Positions 1 through 9,670 of a stretch of 64,000 nt of DNA are shown here, piece by piece. The position numbers and the translations under genes were made by a program. This DNA is from Oligoflexia bacterium (lineage in GTDB: Bacteria; Bdellovibrionota_C; UBA2361; SZUA-149; DAOLCO01). Numbering within the stretch: position 1 is the stretch's first letter; each line of letters begins with the position of its first letter. Location of the stretch: assembly GCA_035327825.1 (NCBI GenBank), contig DAOLCO010000006.1, forward strand, positions 59,308 through 123,307, given 5' to 3'. The notes under the pieces were generated by a model. That model did no database searches. It saw only the letters and a list, made by a program, of their open reading frames with translations, and was not told the DNA's origin.

Positions 1-1
1 A

Positions 2-264
2 ATTATTGAAATATGCAGAAATGCCGGTCTTGATCCCAGTTATGCAAATCAAAACTTTCATAAAAATGATCAGTCATGGCTGATTCAGATGCTTGATTCA
101 GGTATAACCACACTCTACTATCCCATTGATGCATGCTATCGAACATGCTCGGATCTTAGAAAGTACGTTGAACAGCATTCAGAAAGGAGAATTAGGAGCC
201 AGGTTCCGAAAGTTATCCTGAATAGAATAAGAAACACCAACACGCAAAAAAGTGATTTTACTTA
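2..264 (+). CDS. 3' end of an unidentified protein-coding gene (partial, runs off the window start)
   Basis: Frame 2 is open from nt 2 to the TAG at 262-264 (87 codons, no in-window start). It converges on the YihY-like gene, leaving a 9-bp gap. No recognisable motif. Confidence 0.3.
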
Positions 265-273
265 GTTTTTCTG

Positions 274-1620
274 CTACTCAACCGCAGAAGCTTTCTTCTG
301 CCCATAAAGTACATCGGCAAGTGTCCATTGCCTTACGGGACTTATAGGATCGACTATTCTGGCAGTTTGTCTCAACGCTTCAATAAAGCTCATTTCTCCG
401 TCTGAACCCGCAGATGAAGCTTTAGAGTTATTATCTGAATTAGAAATTCTGTATTGTTTAGCACGAAATGCAAGGGCAATTTCAGAAAGAGATAGCTTGT
501 CAGGAGTTACAGTAAGTGCCCTGGAGTGCGTAACTGGATCTGATGAAGTAATTAAACCTGCCTCTGCAAGAATTCCAAGACAGGTTCTCACAAGCACCGG
601 ATCAGATCCAGTCTCTACTGCAATTTCGCTTTCTGTAGGAAGTAAATCTCCGTTCTGAAAACGTTTGCCAATTACACATAAAATTCTAAGACCCAGTAAC
701 CCACCAACTTCACCAAGCTCACTTGCGTATTTTTTTAAACCCGAGAGAACACTGATACTACCAGCCTGATAAGCTACCTGAGCCCCATAAAGTACGACCA
801 TCCATGCAACATATAACCAGAACAAAAACAGAGGGAGGGACACTAAAACACCGTAAAATGTCTTATAAGTAGCAGAAACACTTATGTAGTATGCAAAACT
901 TCTCTTGAGACATTCAAACAGCACAGCAGAAAATAGTGCTCCCAGCATAGCATCTCTAAGAGTAACTCTTGCAGCTGGCAATTTATAAAACATAAGCGTA
1001 AGTGCAAGAAATATAGCAAATACGGGTACAAAAACATCCAAAAATGAATATAGACCCCAACCACTGGTACTCCGGTATAATGAGCTTCCTTCGTACATGA
1101 CCCCAGCAGAAAATCGTGCATACCAGTAAAATGAAACAAGTACGAGAAGTGGACCAAGAGTAATAACAGCCCAAAAATTTACAATTTTGGATATTATGGT
1201 AAGCTCAGAGCTTACGCGCCAAACAACATTGAGTGAGCTTTCAATTGTATTTACAAGAGCAATACCTGTAAAAACCAGAACTGGTAGGGATAAAATTCCA
1301 AGTCCCCTGACCGCATCTGCAAGTTCCGTCAGATATGACGTTAACTGAACCTTGAGGTTACTCAGTAATTCATCTTCGTTTGGAGGGAGCAATTGTTCAA
1401 GTAAACTTCCAAAACGATCATCTACAAAACCAGCATCAACATTAAATCCACTGAACATACCAAAGATTAGGGCTACTCCAGGTACAAGAGCAAAAAGCGA
1501 TGAATAAGCCAGGGAAGAAGCTTTTGAAAAACAATCATCCCACCAGAACTTAGATGCAGCACTGCATACAACACGAAATAGCCAGAGTATAGAATTACGA
1601 ATATCAGTCAAAAATTTCAT
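274..1620 (-). CDS. YihY/BrkB-family inner-membrane protein with a ~150-aa C-terminal cytoplasmic extension
   Basis: 448 aa. The N-terminus matches YihY/BrkB (FSKASSLAYSSLFALVPGVALIFGMFSGF) and has multiple TM helices. The C-terminal tail is hydrophilic with a helix-turn-helix-like stretch (LSLSEIALAFRAKQYRI). Confidence 0.65.
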   Translation of the reverse strand: MKFLTDIRNSILWLFRVVCSAASKFWWDDCFSKASSLAYSSLFALVPGVALIFGMFSGFNVDAGFVDDRFGSLLEQLLPPNEDELLSNLKVQLTSYLTELADAVRGLGILSLPVLVFTGIALVNTIESSLNVVWRVSSELTIISKIVNFWAVITLGPLLVLVSFYWYARFSAGVMYEGSSLYRSTSGWGLYSFLDVFVPVFAIFLALTLMFYKLPAARVTLRDAMLGALFSAVLFECLKRSFAYYISVSATYKTFYGVLVSLPLFLFWLYVAWMVVLYGAQVAYQAGSISVLSGLKKYASELGEVGGLLGLRILCVIGKRFQNGDLLPTESEIAVETGSDPVLVRTCLGILAEAGLITSSDPVTHSRALTVTPDKLSLSEIALAFRAKQYRISNSDNNSKASSAGSDGEMSFIEALRQTARIVDPISPVRQWTLADVLYGQKKASAVE

Positions 1621-1636
1621 GAATTAGAAATCCCAA

Positions 1637-2737
1637 TCAAGCTGCAATTTTCCTGCGACGCTCCATTTCTGACTTTGTGGCAAGTTGACCACATGCTGCA
1701 CTTATATCATTACCCTTAGACCACCTTATAGTTGAATTAAGTCCCATCTCAAGTAGTCTTTTTTGCCAATAATAAACTCTTTCAGTTGAAGGTTGCTTAA
1801 ACCCAAGTCCGGCATTTGTATTATATGGAATCAAATTAATCTTGGCTGGTATTCCCTTCAACAATTGAGGTAACCTCTGTATGTCATCGTCAGAATCATT
1901 AATATCCCCAAGCATTACATACTCAAATGTAATCCTGCGATGAGGACGCAGAGGATATTCCCTTAATGTCTGAATAAGATCTTTCAGAGGCCACCTGTTA
2001 TTTATAGGCATTATTTCACTTCGCACTTCATCTGTCGTAGCATTTAATGATATAGCTAGATTTGCACGTGCTCCACTTAGGCCAAACTCTTTAATTGCGG
2101 GAACAAGACCTGATGTAGAAACGGTTATTTTACGTCCTGAAAAATTTAATCCAAGCTCATCATTAAGCACTTTTACAGCTGAAATTACAGAATTTTTGTT
2201 ATGTAAAGGCTCTCCCATTCCCATGAAAACAATATTTTGAAAAGCCTCTCTTCCATCCTCACCACCTCTGTCATCTCTTAGCTTTACATCTTCTTGAACG
2301 GCAATAACCTGACCTATAATCTCGGCAGCAGAAAGATTGCGTTTTAAACCCATCTGGGCAGTGCGACAAAACTTGCACCCTATGGCACAACCCACTTGAG
2401 AAGATATACACAATGTAAACCTTGTCGGTTGCTTTATTAAAACAGATTCAACTTCCGAACCATCATCAAGTGAAAAAAGGTATTTCCTGGAACCGTCACT
2501 TGACTCTTCATGAGTTATAATCTTCAATCTTGATATATAAAATCGGGAACAAAGCTCATTCCTCAGAGACTTTGAAATATCAGTCATTAGATTAAAATCA
2601 GTAACCTTCTTACGATATAACCAACTGAAAAGCTGTTTTGCCCTGTAGGGGGTCAAATCGAGAGATTCTGAGAGAATCTCTCGAAGTTTAGATCTTTCAA
2701 GTCCAAGAATATTAATCTTTTCGAATGAATCATTCAT
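1637..2737 (-). CDS. rlmN: 23S rRNA (adenine2503-C2)/tRNA methyltransferase RlmN, radical SAM
   Basis: 366 aa. Radical-SAM cluster motif GCAIGCKFC, C-terminal conserved Cys, typical RlmN/Cfr length and layout. Confidence 0.85.
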   Translation of the reverse strand: MNDSFEKINILGLERSKLREILSESLDLTPYRAKQLFSWLYRKKVTDFNLMTDISKSLRNELCSRFYISRLKIITHEESSDGSRKYLFSLDDGSEVESVLIKQPTRFTLCISSQVGCAIGCKFCRTAQMGLKRNLSAAEIIGQVIAVQEDVKLRDDRGGEDGREAFQNIVFMGMGEPLHNKNSVISAVKVLNDELGLNFSGRKITVSTSGLVPAIKEFGLSGARANLAISLNATTDEVRSEIMPINNRWPLKDLIQTLREYPLRPHRRITFEYVMLGDINDSDDDIQRLPQLLKGIPAKINLIPYNTNAGLGFKQPSTERVYYWQKRLLEMGLNSTIRWSKGNDISAACGQLATKSEMERRRKIAA

Positions 2738-2809
2738 AAAAGCTCATTGGAAACAAGAATAATATTTTTTTAAAAGTTAGACTATTTTCTGAATAAGTAA
2801 CAGGTTTGG

Positions 2810-3220
2810 TTACAGATCACCAAAGAAAAATGATATTTCACGCTCTGCATTTTCAAGACTGTCAGAACCATGAACAGTATTCGCATCAATACTCTCTGCA
2901 AAGTCAGCACGTATAGTACCAGGGGTGGCTTCCTTTGGGTTTGTTGCGCCCATCAGTGTTCGATTTAGTTGCACTGCATCATCACCTTCGAGAACTGATA
3001 CAAATACTGGACCACTTGTCATAAAACTTACAAGATCTGAAAAAAATGGTCGATCTTTATGGATATCGTAGAATGATCCAGCAAGAGTATTATCAAGAGT
3101 CATCATTTTTGCTGCAATTATTTTCAGCCCAGCATCTTCGAAGCGTGCAAGGATTTTACCAATTACATTCTTTTTTACACCATCAGGTTTGATAATGGAT
3201 AGCGTTCTTTCTTTTGACAT
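2810..3220 (-). CDS. ndk: nucleoside diphosphate kinase
   Basis: 136 aa. N-terminus [12 protein letters not shown] and active-site region NTVHGSDS. Confidence 0.9.
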   Translation of the reverse strand: MSKERTLSIIKPDGVKKNVIGKILARFEDAGLKIIAAKMMTLDNTLAGSFYDIHKDRPFFSDLVSFMTSGPVFVSVLEGDDAVQLNRTLMGATNPKEATPGTIRADFAESIDANTVHGSDSLENAEREISFFFGDL

Positions 3221-3424
3221 AATTCAACTCACTAATTGGTTATATTTTTCAATTTCAATGCTAAGAGACCAGAAAAACTTATTTAATTTTGCGTATCTGA
3301 CAATATCTAGGTAGAAATATCAATAGAACATATATTAAATATAATGATACAAGAATTTGAACCTGAGAAAAAAACAGAATACTTAGGAAGATCAAGCTGT
3401 TAAGCTTGTGTAATTATAATAATT

Positions 3425-3578
3425 TGAGAATGATCCCAAAGTGAGTATTGCCGTATGGCAGAACTCCCGGGCAAGCCAGGGATGGCTTGCCAAACACTGA
3501 AGAACGAACTTTGAAAGTGTTTGAAATCGCGCTAAATTTCTTCACTTGTGAAAGAAATTTAGCTTGCGATTTTTGCCA
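3425..3578 (+). ncRNA. candidate small structured RNA (three stacked hairpins ending in a hairpin plus T5)
   Basis: An exact TATAAT sits at 3415-3420. Hairpins: 3470-3491 (9-bp stem), 3491-3523 (8-bp stem), 3524-3573 (~22-bp imperfect stem) followed by TTTTT at 3570-3574. No protein-coding potential; ORF 3448-3693 looks spurious. Confidence 0.3.
3524..3578 (+). terminator. long hairpin plus T-run (intrinsic-terminator-like, plus-strand orientation)
   Basis: AAATCGCGCTAAATTTCTTCAC / GTGAAAGAAATTTAGCTTGCGATTT inverted repeat followed by TTTTTGCC. Confidence 0.45.
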
Positions 3579-3613
3579 AATGACCAAGGATGGCTATTTG
3601 GCAACAGGCCCCC

Positions 3614-4486
3614 CTACCGCCCCATCACCTCAGCAACCATCTTGCCCATATCGGCAGGACTTCTTACTATATGAACACCTGCAGCCTGCATAGCTTTAAA
3701 TTTATCCTCAGCCGTACCCTTACCTCCACTTATAATAGCACCTGCATGACCCATTCGACGACCTGGTGGAGCAGTCGCACCTGCGACAAAACCAATTACA
3801 GGCTTCTTGCAGTTGGACTTAATCCATTCGCAGGCCTCTTCTTCGGCATTCCCGCCAATCTCACCAATCATTATAATATAATCTGTTGCAGGATCATTCT
3901 GAAACAATGTCAGGCAATCTATAAAATTTGTTCCATTTAAAGGATCACCTCCAATTCCAATACATGTAGATTGACCAATTCCACGACCTGTTAGCTGACC
4001 CACTGCTTCATATGTTAAGGTTCCCGACCTAGAGACAACGCCAACAGAGCCTTTTTTATGAATATGACCTGGCATGATTCCTATTTTACACTCATCCGGA
4101 GTAATTATACCTGGACAGTTTGGACCAATAAGCCTTGTTTTTGTTGTTTTTAAGTAACTATTAACTGCCAGCATATCCTGCACTGGTATACCTTCGGTAA
4201 TACACACAACTAATTCGATACCAGAATCAGCTGCTTCAATTATTGAATCTGCGGCAAACGGAGGAGGAACAAATACCATGGATGCATTAGCTCCCGTCTC
4301 CTTTACAGCTTCTGCCACGGTATCATATACAGGAAAATCTTCTATAAAACTCCCACCCTTACCAGGTGTAACACCACCTACCAATCTGGTTCCGTAGTCC
4401 TTGCAACCTTTTGAATGAAACAATCCGGATTTACCGGTAATACCTTGAGTAATAACTTTTGTATCTTTTCCAACTAAAACAGACAT
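3614..4486 (-). CDS. sucD: succinyl-CoA synthetase alpha subunit
   Basis: 290 aa. CoA-binding N-terminus ([11 protein letters not shown]), phospho-His region [14 protein letters not shown]. Confidence 0.9.
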   Translation of the reverse strand: MSVLVGKDTKVITQGITGKSGLFHSKGCKDYGTRLVGGVTPGKGGSFIEDFPVYDTVAEAVKETGANASMVFVPPPFAADSIIEAADSGIELVVCITEGIPVQDMLAVNSYLKTTKTRLIGPNCPGIITPDECKIGIMPGHIHKKGSVGVVSRSGTLTYEAVGQLTGRGIGQSTCIGIGGDPLNGTNFIDCLTLFQNDPATDYIIMIGEIGGNAEEEACEWIKSNCKKPVIGFVAGATAPPGRRMGHAGAIISGGKGTAEDKFKAMQAAGVHIVRSPADMGKMVAEVMGR

Positions 4487-4580
4487 CTCTCTTTTTCACC
4501 CTTTAAAATTGATCCCATTTAATTAATTAATCAATACGGGATATCTAACGAAAAATTATTATCAATAAATTTATAAAAAA

Positions 4581-5750
4581 CTACTTAACTGCATTAACAA
4601 TTTTTGTGGCAGCTTCATCCATATCATCGGCCGGAATAATCTTAAGACCCGACTTGGCAAGCATTTCCTTTCCCTGATCAACATTCGTTCCCTGAAGTCT
4701 TACAACAACGGGAACTGTGATATTAAGAGTTTTTGCTGCCTCAATTATTCCTGCAGCAATTACATCGCACCGCATAATTCCGCCAAAAATATTAACAAGA
4801 ACTCCCTTTACAGATTTATCCTGAAGAATCAGCTGAAAAGCTTCTGTAACCTGCTCTTTTGTTGCTCCCCCACCAACATCAAGAAAGTTTGCAGGCTCAC
4901 CCCCGGCCTGTTTTATAATATCCATGGTCGCCATTGCAAGGCCAGCACCATTGACCATACAACCAATATTTCCATCAAGTGCTATGTAGTTTATTCCTAC
5001 TTCGCTTGCTCTTATCTCACGCTCATCAATTTCATCATAATCAAGAAAATTAAATGCTTTTTTTTGTCTGAATAAAGCATTATCATCGATACTCATTTTG
5101 GCATCAAGGCAAATAAACTTTCCATCAGTCGTTCGAATTAATGGATTTATCTCAAGCATTGAAGCGTCAAGCCCCCTGAAAGCAAGGTATAAATTCTTAA
5201 GTAATAAACCAAAACTCTTTTGATCTTCCCTGGAAATATTCATAAAATGAGCGATACGCCGACCATGAAAATCCTGAAAACCACTCTCTTCGCTTACAGA
5301 TACGGTTATAATCTTTTCCGGAGTGTTGTGGGCCACATCCTCGATATCCATACCACCTTCTGCAGAAGCTATAATGGAAACACATGCCCGTTCACGATCA
5401 ACTACAAGACTAAGATAATACTCTTTTTGAATATTAGCACCTGCCTCAACCCATACTTTCTTAACAAGTACGCCACCAGGACCAGTTTGAGGAGAAACCA
5501 GTGTCATACCTAAAATTGCATCCCCTACAGAGAATGCTTCTTCGGGGCTTTTTGCAATTTTTACTCCACCAGCCTTACCCCTTCCCCCAGCATGAACCTG
5601 AGCCTTAACTACGCATACAGGATACCCCCCCCTGTTTAAATTAACAGCAGCTTTTTGGGCCTCTCTTGGAGTATACGCAATAAACCCTGGTAAAACCGGA
5701 ATGTTGAACGATGTTAGTAGTTGTTTTGATTGATACTCGTGTAAATCCAT
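4581..5750 (-). CDS. sucC: succinyl-CoA synthetase beta subunit
   Basis: 389 aa. MDLHEYQSKQLL N-terminus, ATP-grasp fold, ligase-CoA domain GNIGCMVNGAGLAMATMD. Confidence 0.9.
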   Translation of the reverse strand: MDLHEYQSKQLLTSFNIPVLPGFIAYTPREAQKAAVNLNRGGYPVCVVKAQVHAGGRGKAGGVKIAKSPEEAFSVGDAILGMTLVSPQTGPGGVLVKKVWVEAGANIQKEYYLSLVVDRERACVSIIASAEGGMDIEDVAHNTPEKIITVSVSEESGFQDFHGRRIAHFMNISREDQKSFGLLLKNLYLAFRGLDASMLEINPLIRTTDGKFICLDAKMSIDDNALFRQKKAFNFLDYDEIDEREIRASEVGINYIALDGNIGCMVNGAGLAMATMDIIKQAGGEPANFLDVGGGATKEQVTEAFQLILQDKSVKGVLVNIFGGIMRCDVIAAGIIEAAKTLNITVPVVVRLQGTNVDQGKEMLAKSGLKIIPADDMDEAATKIVNAVK

Positions 5751-5818
5751 CTATCTCCTCGTATACAAAAATATTTAAAGAATTTTAATCAGAGTCACTT
5801 GATAAAGAAAAATGAGAA

Positions 5819-6748
5819 CTATTTTGGCAAGGCATCAATTAATTCCATAACCGCGGCAGCACTTTCCTTTAAACCAGACTTCTCATTATCTGAAAGCTCT
5901 ATTTCTATTATCTTTTCAACTCCATTTTCACCAATAACTACCGGAACTCCTATATACAAACCGGAATATCCATACTCACCACTCAACTTAACAGCACAAG
6001 GCAAAACTTTTTTCTGATCCATTAAGTAACTTTCAGCCATTTCAATAGCTGCAGTAGCTGGTGAAAAATAGGCTGATCCAGTTTTTAAAAGCTGAACAAC
6101 TTCTCCTCCAGCACCCCTAACCCTTTTTTCGATACTATCAAGGCGTTCAGATGATATAAACGTCGTAACAGGAATTCCATTTATCGTAGTATGCGATCTT
6201 ACAGGAACCATGGTATCTCCATGACCACCTAGAACCATTGCATTTACTGAAGCAGGAGAAACCCCAATTTCCTCTGCTAAAAACGATCTGTATCTTGCAG
6301 AGTCGAGCACACCAGCCATACCTACAACTCTATTTGGAGAAAAGCCTGTCTCCTGTTGACAAAGAGTAACCATTGCGTCAAGAGGATTTGATACTACAAT
6401 GACAAAACTTTGAGGAGCATTATCCCTGATTCCCTTTCCAACATCCTTCATTATTGCAGAATTTGTCTGAAGTAGATCATCTCGACTCATTCCTGGCTTT
6501 CTGGCTATACCAGCAGTTACAATACAAACATCTGCACCTTCAATATCCTGATAGGAATTAGTACCACTAACTTTACAGGAAGAGGATAACACAGGAAGTG
6601 CATGACTTAGATCAAGGGCTTTTCCCTGTGGTATACCTTCAACAACATCAAACAAAACAACATCACCCATCTGCTTTATCAAAGCTAGATAAGCTAATGC
6701 TCCGCCGATATTACCAGAGCCAATAAGTGCAATTTTTTTTCGCTTCAT
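5819..6748 (-). CDS. mdh: malate dehydrogenase (LDH-like family)
   Basis: 309 aa. Rossmann motif [17 protein letters not shown]-family catalytic region. Sits directly upstream of sucCD. Confidence 0.85.
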   Translation of the reverse strand: MKRKKIALIGSGNIGGALAYLALIKQMGDVVLFDVVEGIPQGKALDLSHALPVLSSSCKVSGTNSYQDIEGADVCIVTAGIARKPGMSRDDLLQTNSAIMKDVGKGIRDNAPQSFVIVVSNPLDAMVTLCQQETGFSPNRVVGMAGVLDSARYRSFLAEEIGVSPASVNAMVLGGHGDTMVPVRSHTTINGIPVTTFISSERLDSIEKRVRGAGGEVVQLLKTGSAYFSPATAAIEMAESYLMDQKKVLPCAVKLSGEYGYSGLYIGVPVVIGENGVEKIIEIELSDNEKSGLKESAAAVMELIDALPK

Positions 6749-6979
6749 TTGAATTCCATCCGTGCATTTAAGTTAAATACAAAAACAGCTGATTAAGCAT
6801 ATCGGCTCACAGCTGTAAAAGAATAATAAAATTGAGGTGTTTCTAGCATTAATAGGCTGTGAGTTCAAACACTTAAAAATATCTCTAAACAACTCAATTA
6901 AACCCTAAAAAAAACCGATAAAATTATGGAAGTCAGAAATTCATATTAATTATTTATATTTACCCTAAGGGCTTGCAAT

Positions 6980-7573
6980 ATGAGTCTGGATAATAGTTAT
7001 ATGGTAGTTAGGGCCAAATCCAAGAATTATCTTACGGTAATGTTTGGCACCAATTCCCTGACCTATGCAAGAACATGGCTAAGTTTGGCTGGAAATCCAG
7101 GTGACGTTATTGTTATCTCCAGTGATCATCCATCTAACCTAAGTAACCTTCCTCAGATCTATAATTGTCATCTTGGCTCAGATGGACTAATTGAGTTTAA
7201 CGAAGAAGGCTGGGTTAGGAACTTTTCAGGATGGGATATCTCTCTTTGCACATTAATCAAATCAGAAGATGCCAGGGAAGAAACAAAAATCATCCTGCTT
7301 GACTCAATGATAGAAGGGAATACCGGAATTACTTCAGAAATTCTTGACTCTTGCAAAGAAGAGCTTACAATACTTTTAACTTTATCTCAAAAATCGATAC
7401 TCAGGAATATGCAATATAGCAATTGCACTGATGAAAAAACTTTTCATTGTATTTGCGAACACAAAAGTCTTAAACCTGTTATATCAATACTAGGTAATAA
7501 AATTTTTCAAAAAAAACAAAATAATTCAGAATATGTTACTGAACTTAAGTTTTTAGTTTCTCCAAGATTTTAA
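6980..7573 (+). CDS. hypothetical protein
   Basis: 197-aa ORF. No recognisable motif. Divergent from mdh, upstream of a sugar-transferase gene. Confidence 0.4.
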   Translation: MSLDNSYMVVRAKSKNYLTVMFGTNSLTYARTWLSLAGNPGDVIVISSDHPSNLSNLPQIYNCHLGSDGLIEFNEEGWVRNFSGWDISLCTLIKSEDAREETKIILLDSMIEGNTGITSEILDSCKEELTILLTLSQKSILRNMQYSNCTDEKTFHCICEHKSLKPVISILGNKIFQKKQNNSEYVTELKFLVSPRF

Positions 7574-7622
7574 GTTTAAATATTTTAACGATCAGGGTTC
7601 ACATATAATTGCTCTTGTACTT

Positions 7623-8354
7623 ATGATTAGAAAAGTTCTTAAAATCATAAAATACTACCCATGGTCAAATGAGTATTCGCCTGAAATACTTCAGGGTAAA
7701 GATGTTCTTGAAGTTATTGAAGTTGATTTAAGGGAAATAACTAAAGAAGCTTCTCTTAGCAGTTTGTTATATGATGCCTCAAAACGATTCATGGATATTT
7801 TCATATCGTTAGCCATACTTATTTTCGCTGTCCCAATTATGATAGTCTTATCAATACTGATCAGACTTAGCTCACCAGGTCCTGCAATTTATTGCCAGAA
7901 GCGACTTACGACAGGAGGCCGGGTGTTTACAATATTCAAGTTTCGAACGATGGTATCTGATGCCGAGACTTCCTCAGGTGCAGTTTGGGCAAGTAAAAAT
8001 GATCCCAGAATTACCAGTCTTGGAATGTTCATGAGAAAAACCAGACTAGATGAATTACCCCAACTAATTAATGTGCTGATTGGAGATATGAGTCTGATTG
8101 GACCACGACCCGAGCGCCCTGAGTTTGCTAGAAAACTTCAAAGCAGATATCCCGGTTTCAAGAAGAGATATCAGGTACCAGCAGGTTTAAGTGGTCTTGC
8201 GCAAGTATCAGCAGAATACGCAGATTCGATTGATTCATATAAGCTTAAATTAATTTACGATCTTATCTACGTTAAAAATCGCTCGCTTTTACTTGATACT
8301 ATCATAGCTTTAAAAACCATCTATGTTATGGTCAGCGGACGTGGAGCCAGGTAA
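7623..8354 (+). CDS. bacterial sugar transferase (undecaprenyl-phosphate glycosyl-1-phosphate transferase family, PglC/WbaP C-domain type) with ~50-aa N-terminal extension
   Basis: 243 aa. One TM helix followed by the Bac_transf signature (FKFRTM...DELPQLINVL.GDMSLIGPRPERPEF). Confidence 0.75.
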   Translation: MIRKVLKIIKYYPWSNEYSPEILQGKDVLEVIEVDLREITKEASLSSLLYDASKRFMDIFISLAILIFAVPIMIVLSILIRLSSPGPAIYCQKRLTTGGRVFTIFKFRTMVSDAETSSGAVWASKNDPRITSLGMFMRKTRLDELPQLINVLIGDMSLIGPRPERPEFARKLQSRYPGFKKRYQVPAGLSGLAQVSAEYADSIDSYKLKLIYDLIYVKNRSLLLDTIIALKTIYVMVSGRGAR

Positions 8355-8406
8355 GAATTTATATTTAATTTTTTGCGTTTAATCGAATTATCAGTCTTTA
8401 ATTTTC

Positions 8407-8868
8407 ATGTCACAAAAATCTGCTGAAAAATCACCATATCGAGCATCGTCAAAAGGAACTGCCCTTATAATTGATGACGACGAAGAAATTCTTGCGACAT
8501 TATCTTCTACTCTCAGGCCTGCTGATCTTGATATTGTTACTCTACCATCTGCAATGCATGCCTTAAAATATATCGACTCTCAGCGTTGGGAGTGGTATCC
8601 ACGACTTGTAATATGTGATCTGGCAATGCCAAGAATGGGTGGATTTCTTTTTATCAAAAGACTAAATGAATTATTTCCCAAGAAAAAAATCACTACAATA
8701 ATATGCTCTTACCTTAACTCTGGACTTGACGTGAATGAAGCAGAAATTGCAGGTGCATCGGCATATTTAATGAAGCCTCTTAATACAAAATTGATTTTAT
8801 CAACAGTTGAAACGGTACTGTCAAATAAAAAGAGCAGTATGATACTTGTTGAACCTGACAAACAATAA
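8407..8868 (+). CDS. single-domain response regulator (CheY-like receiver)
   Basis: 153 aa. Acidic pocket IIDDDEE, phospho-acceptor context LVICDLAMP, conserved Lys in LMKPL. No output domain. Confidence 0.7.
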   Translation: MSQKSAEKSPYRASSKGTALIIDDDEEILATLSSTLRPADLDIVTLPSAMHALKYIDSQRWEWYPRLVICDLAMPRMGGFLFIKRLNELFPKKKITTIICSYLNSGLDVNEAEIAGASAYLMKPLNTKLILSTVETVLSNKKSSMILVEPDKQ

Positions 8869-8872
8869 GCAA

Positions 8873-9616
8873 CTAATTCTGCTTTATATTCTTATTCTCA
8901 ATTGATTTACTGACTATCAGAGACTCGAGGTCGCATGGAAGAACACGATCCATCTCAGAAACCCAAAGTGGAGCATCCAAGTTCTGTTTGGTAAGTACAT
9001 ATCGACCAAGAACAAATAGAAGATCACTCAAGCGGTTAATATACTGCATACAATATGGAGAAACTTCGCTCTTCACGGAGGAACCTAGTTTACATTCAAA
9101 AGAAGAATCAAAAGTTTTTGAAGAGTTAAGCTCTACAATTATTCGCTCTGCTCTTCTGGCAATTGTCCTTGCAAGATGTAAATAAGATGAAATCTTGCTA
9201 CCTCCGGGTAATATAAACGAATTTAATTCGGGTAAACCTTCATTAAAATAATCGCAAAGAAATTCCAGTTTTCTTACATGAGATTCAGAAACTCTCCACA
9301 TACCTTCATAATTATATTCAGATGGTGTAGCAAGCTCACTTCCAAGATCAAAGAGTTCCTGCTGAAGGTACTCAATTACCCCCTTAATTATACTAAACTC
9401 TCTTACAGACATCATACCAAAAGAACTATCATCACTTTTAATCTCTAAATCAGATAGCTCTTCCTTACATATTCCAAGACAAGAATTAAGTTCGTCCAGC
9501 GTTCCAAAAGCACTTGGGCGAAGTGAGCTTTTTAGTACTCGACTACCATCAACAAGAGATGTCTCTCCATCATCACCACTTCTAGTATAAACACGATTTA
9601 TACGAAATTTTGCCAT
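8873..9616 (-). CDS. ATP:cob(I)alamin adenosyltransferase, PduO type (with internal insertion)
   Basis: 247 aa. N-terminus IYTRSGDDGETSL...G.RV.K......AFGTLDELNS matches the PduO/MMAB signature. Confidence 0.7.
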   Translation of the reverse strand: MAKFRINRVYTRSGDDGETSLVDGSRVLKSSLRPSAFGTLDELNSCLGICKEELSDLEIKSDDSSFGMMSVREFSIIKGVIEYLQQELFDLGSELATPSEYNYEGMWRVSESHVRKLEFLCDYFNEGLPELNSFILPGGSKISSYLHLARTIARRAERIIVELNSSKTFDSSFECKLGSSVKSEVSPYCMQYINRLSDLLFVLGRYVLTKQNLDAPLWVSEMDRVLPCDLESLIVSKSIENKNIKQN

Positions 9617-9670
9617 AAGAAATTAAAAGAAACTTACCAAGAGAAAATTAATAGTAGAGGATTTCAAAAT

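Noticed and set aside
882-1174. Short antisense ORFs inside the YihY-like gene (882-1157 and 983-1174); likewise 5197-5513, 12279-12902, 13981-14250, 14841-15310, 19630-19890, 22717-22899, 23576-24395, 26461-27890, 28081-28490, 31619-32194, 32690-32914, 36838-37489, 40458-41299, 41649-41888, 42609-44081, 45246-46510, 48622-50471, 52451-52666, 53889-54080, 54499-55137, 57970-58245, 59538-59720 and 61138-62541
   Set aside because: All lie wholly inside, and antisense or out of frame to, longer ORFs with clear homology. They have odd composition such as Ala/Ser/Leu runs from complemented codons and no RBS, so they are chance ORFs.
3448-3693. 81-aa ORF on the plus strand across the sucD-ndk intergenic hairpin cluster, together with overlapping 3590-3940 ORF
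   Set aside because: No RBS. Composition driven by GC-rich hairpins and by the antisense of sucD. The sequence is better explained as structured RNA plus sucD coding on the other strand.
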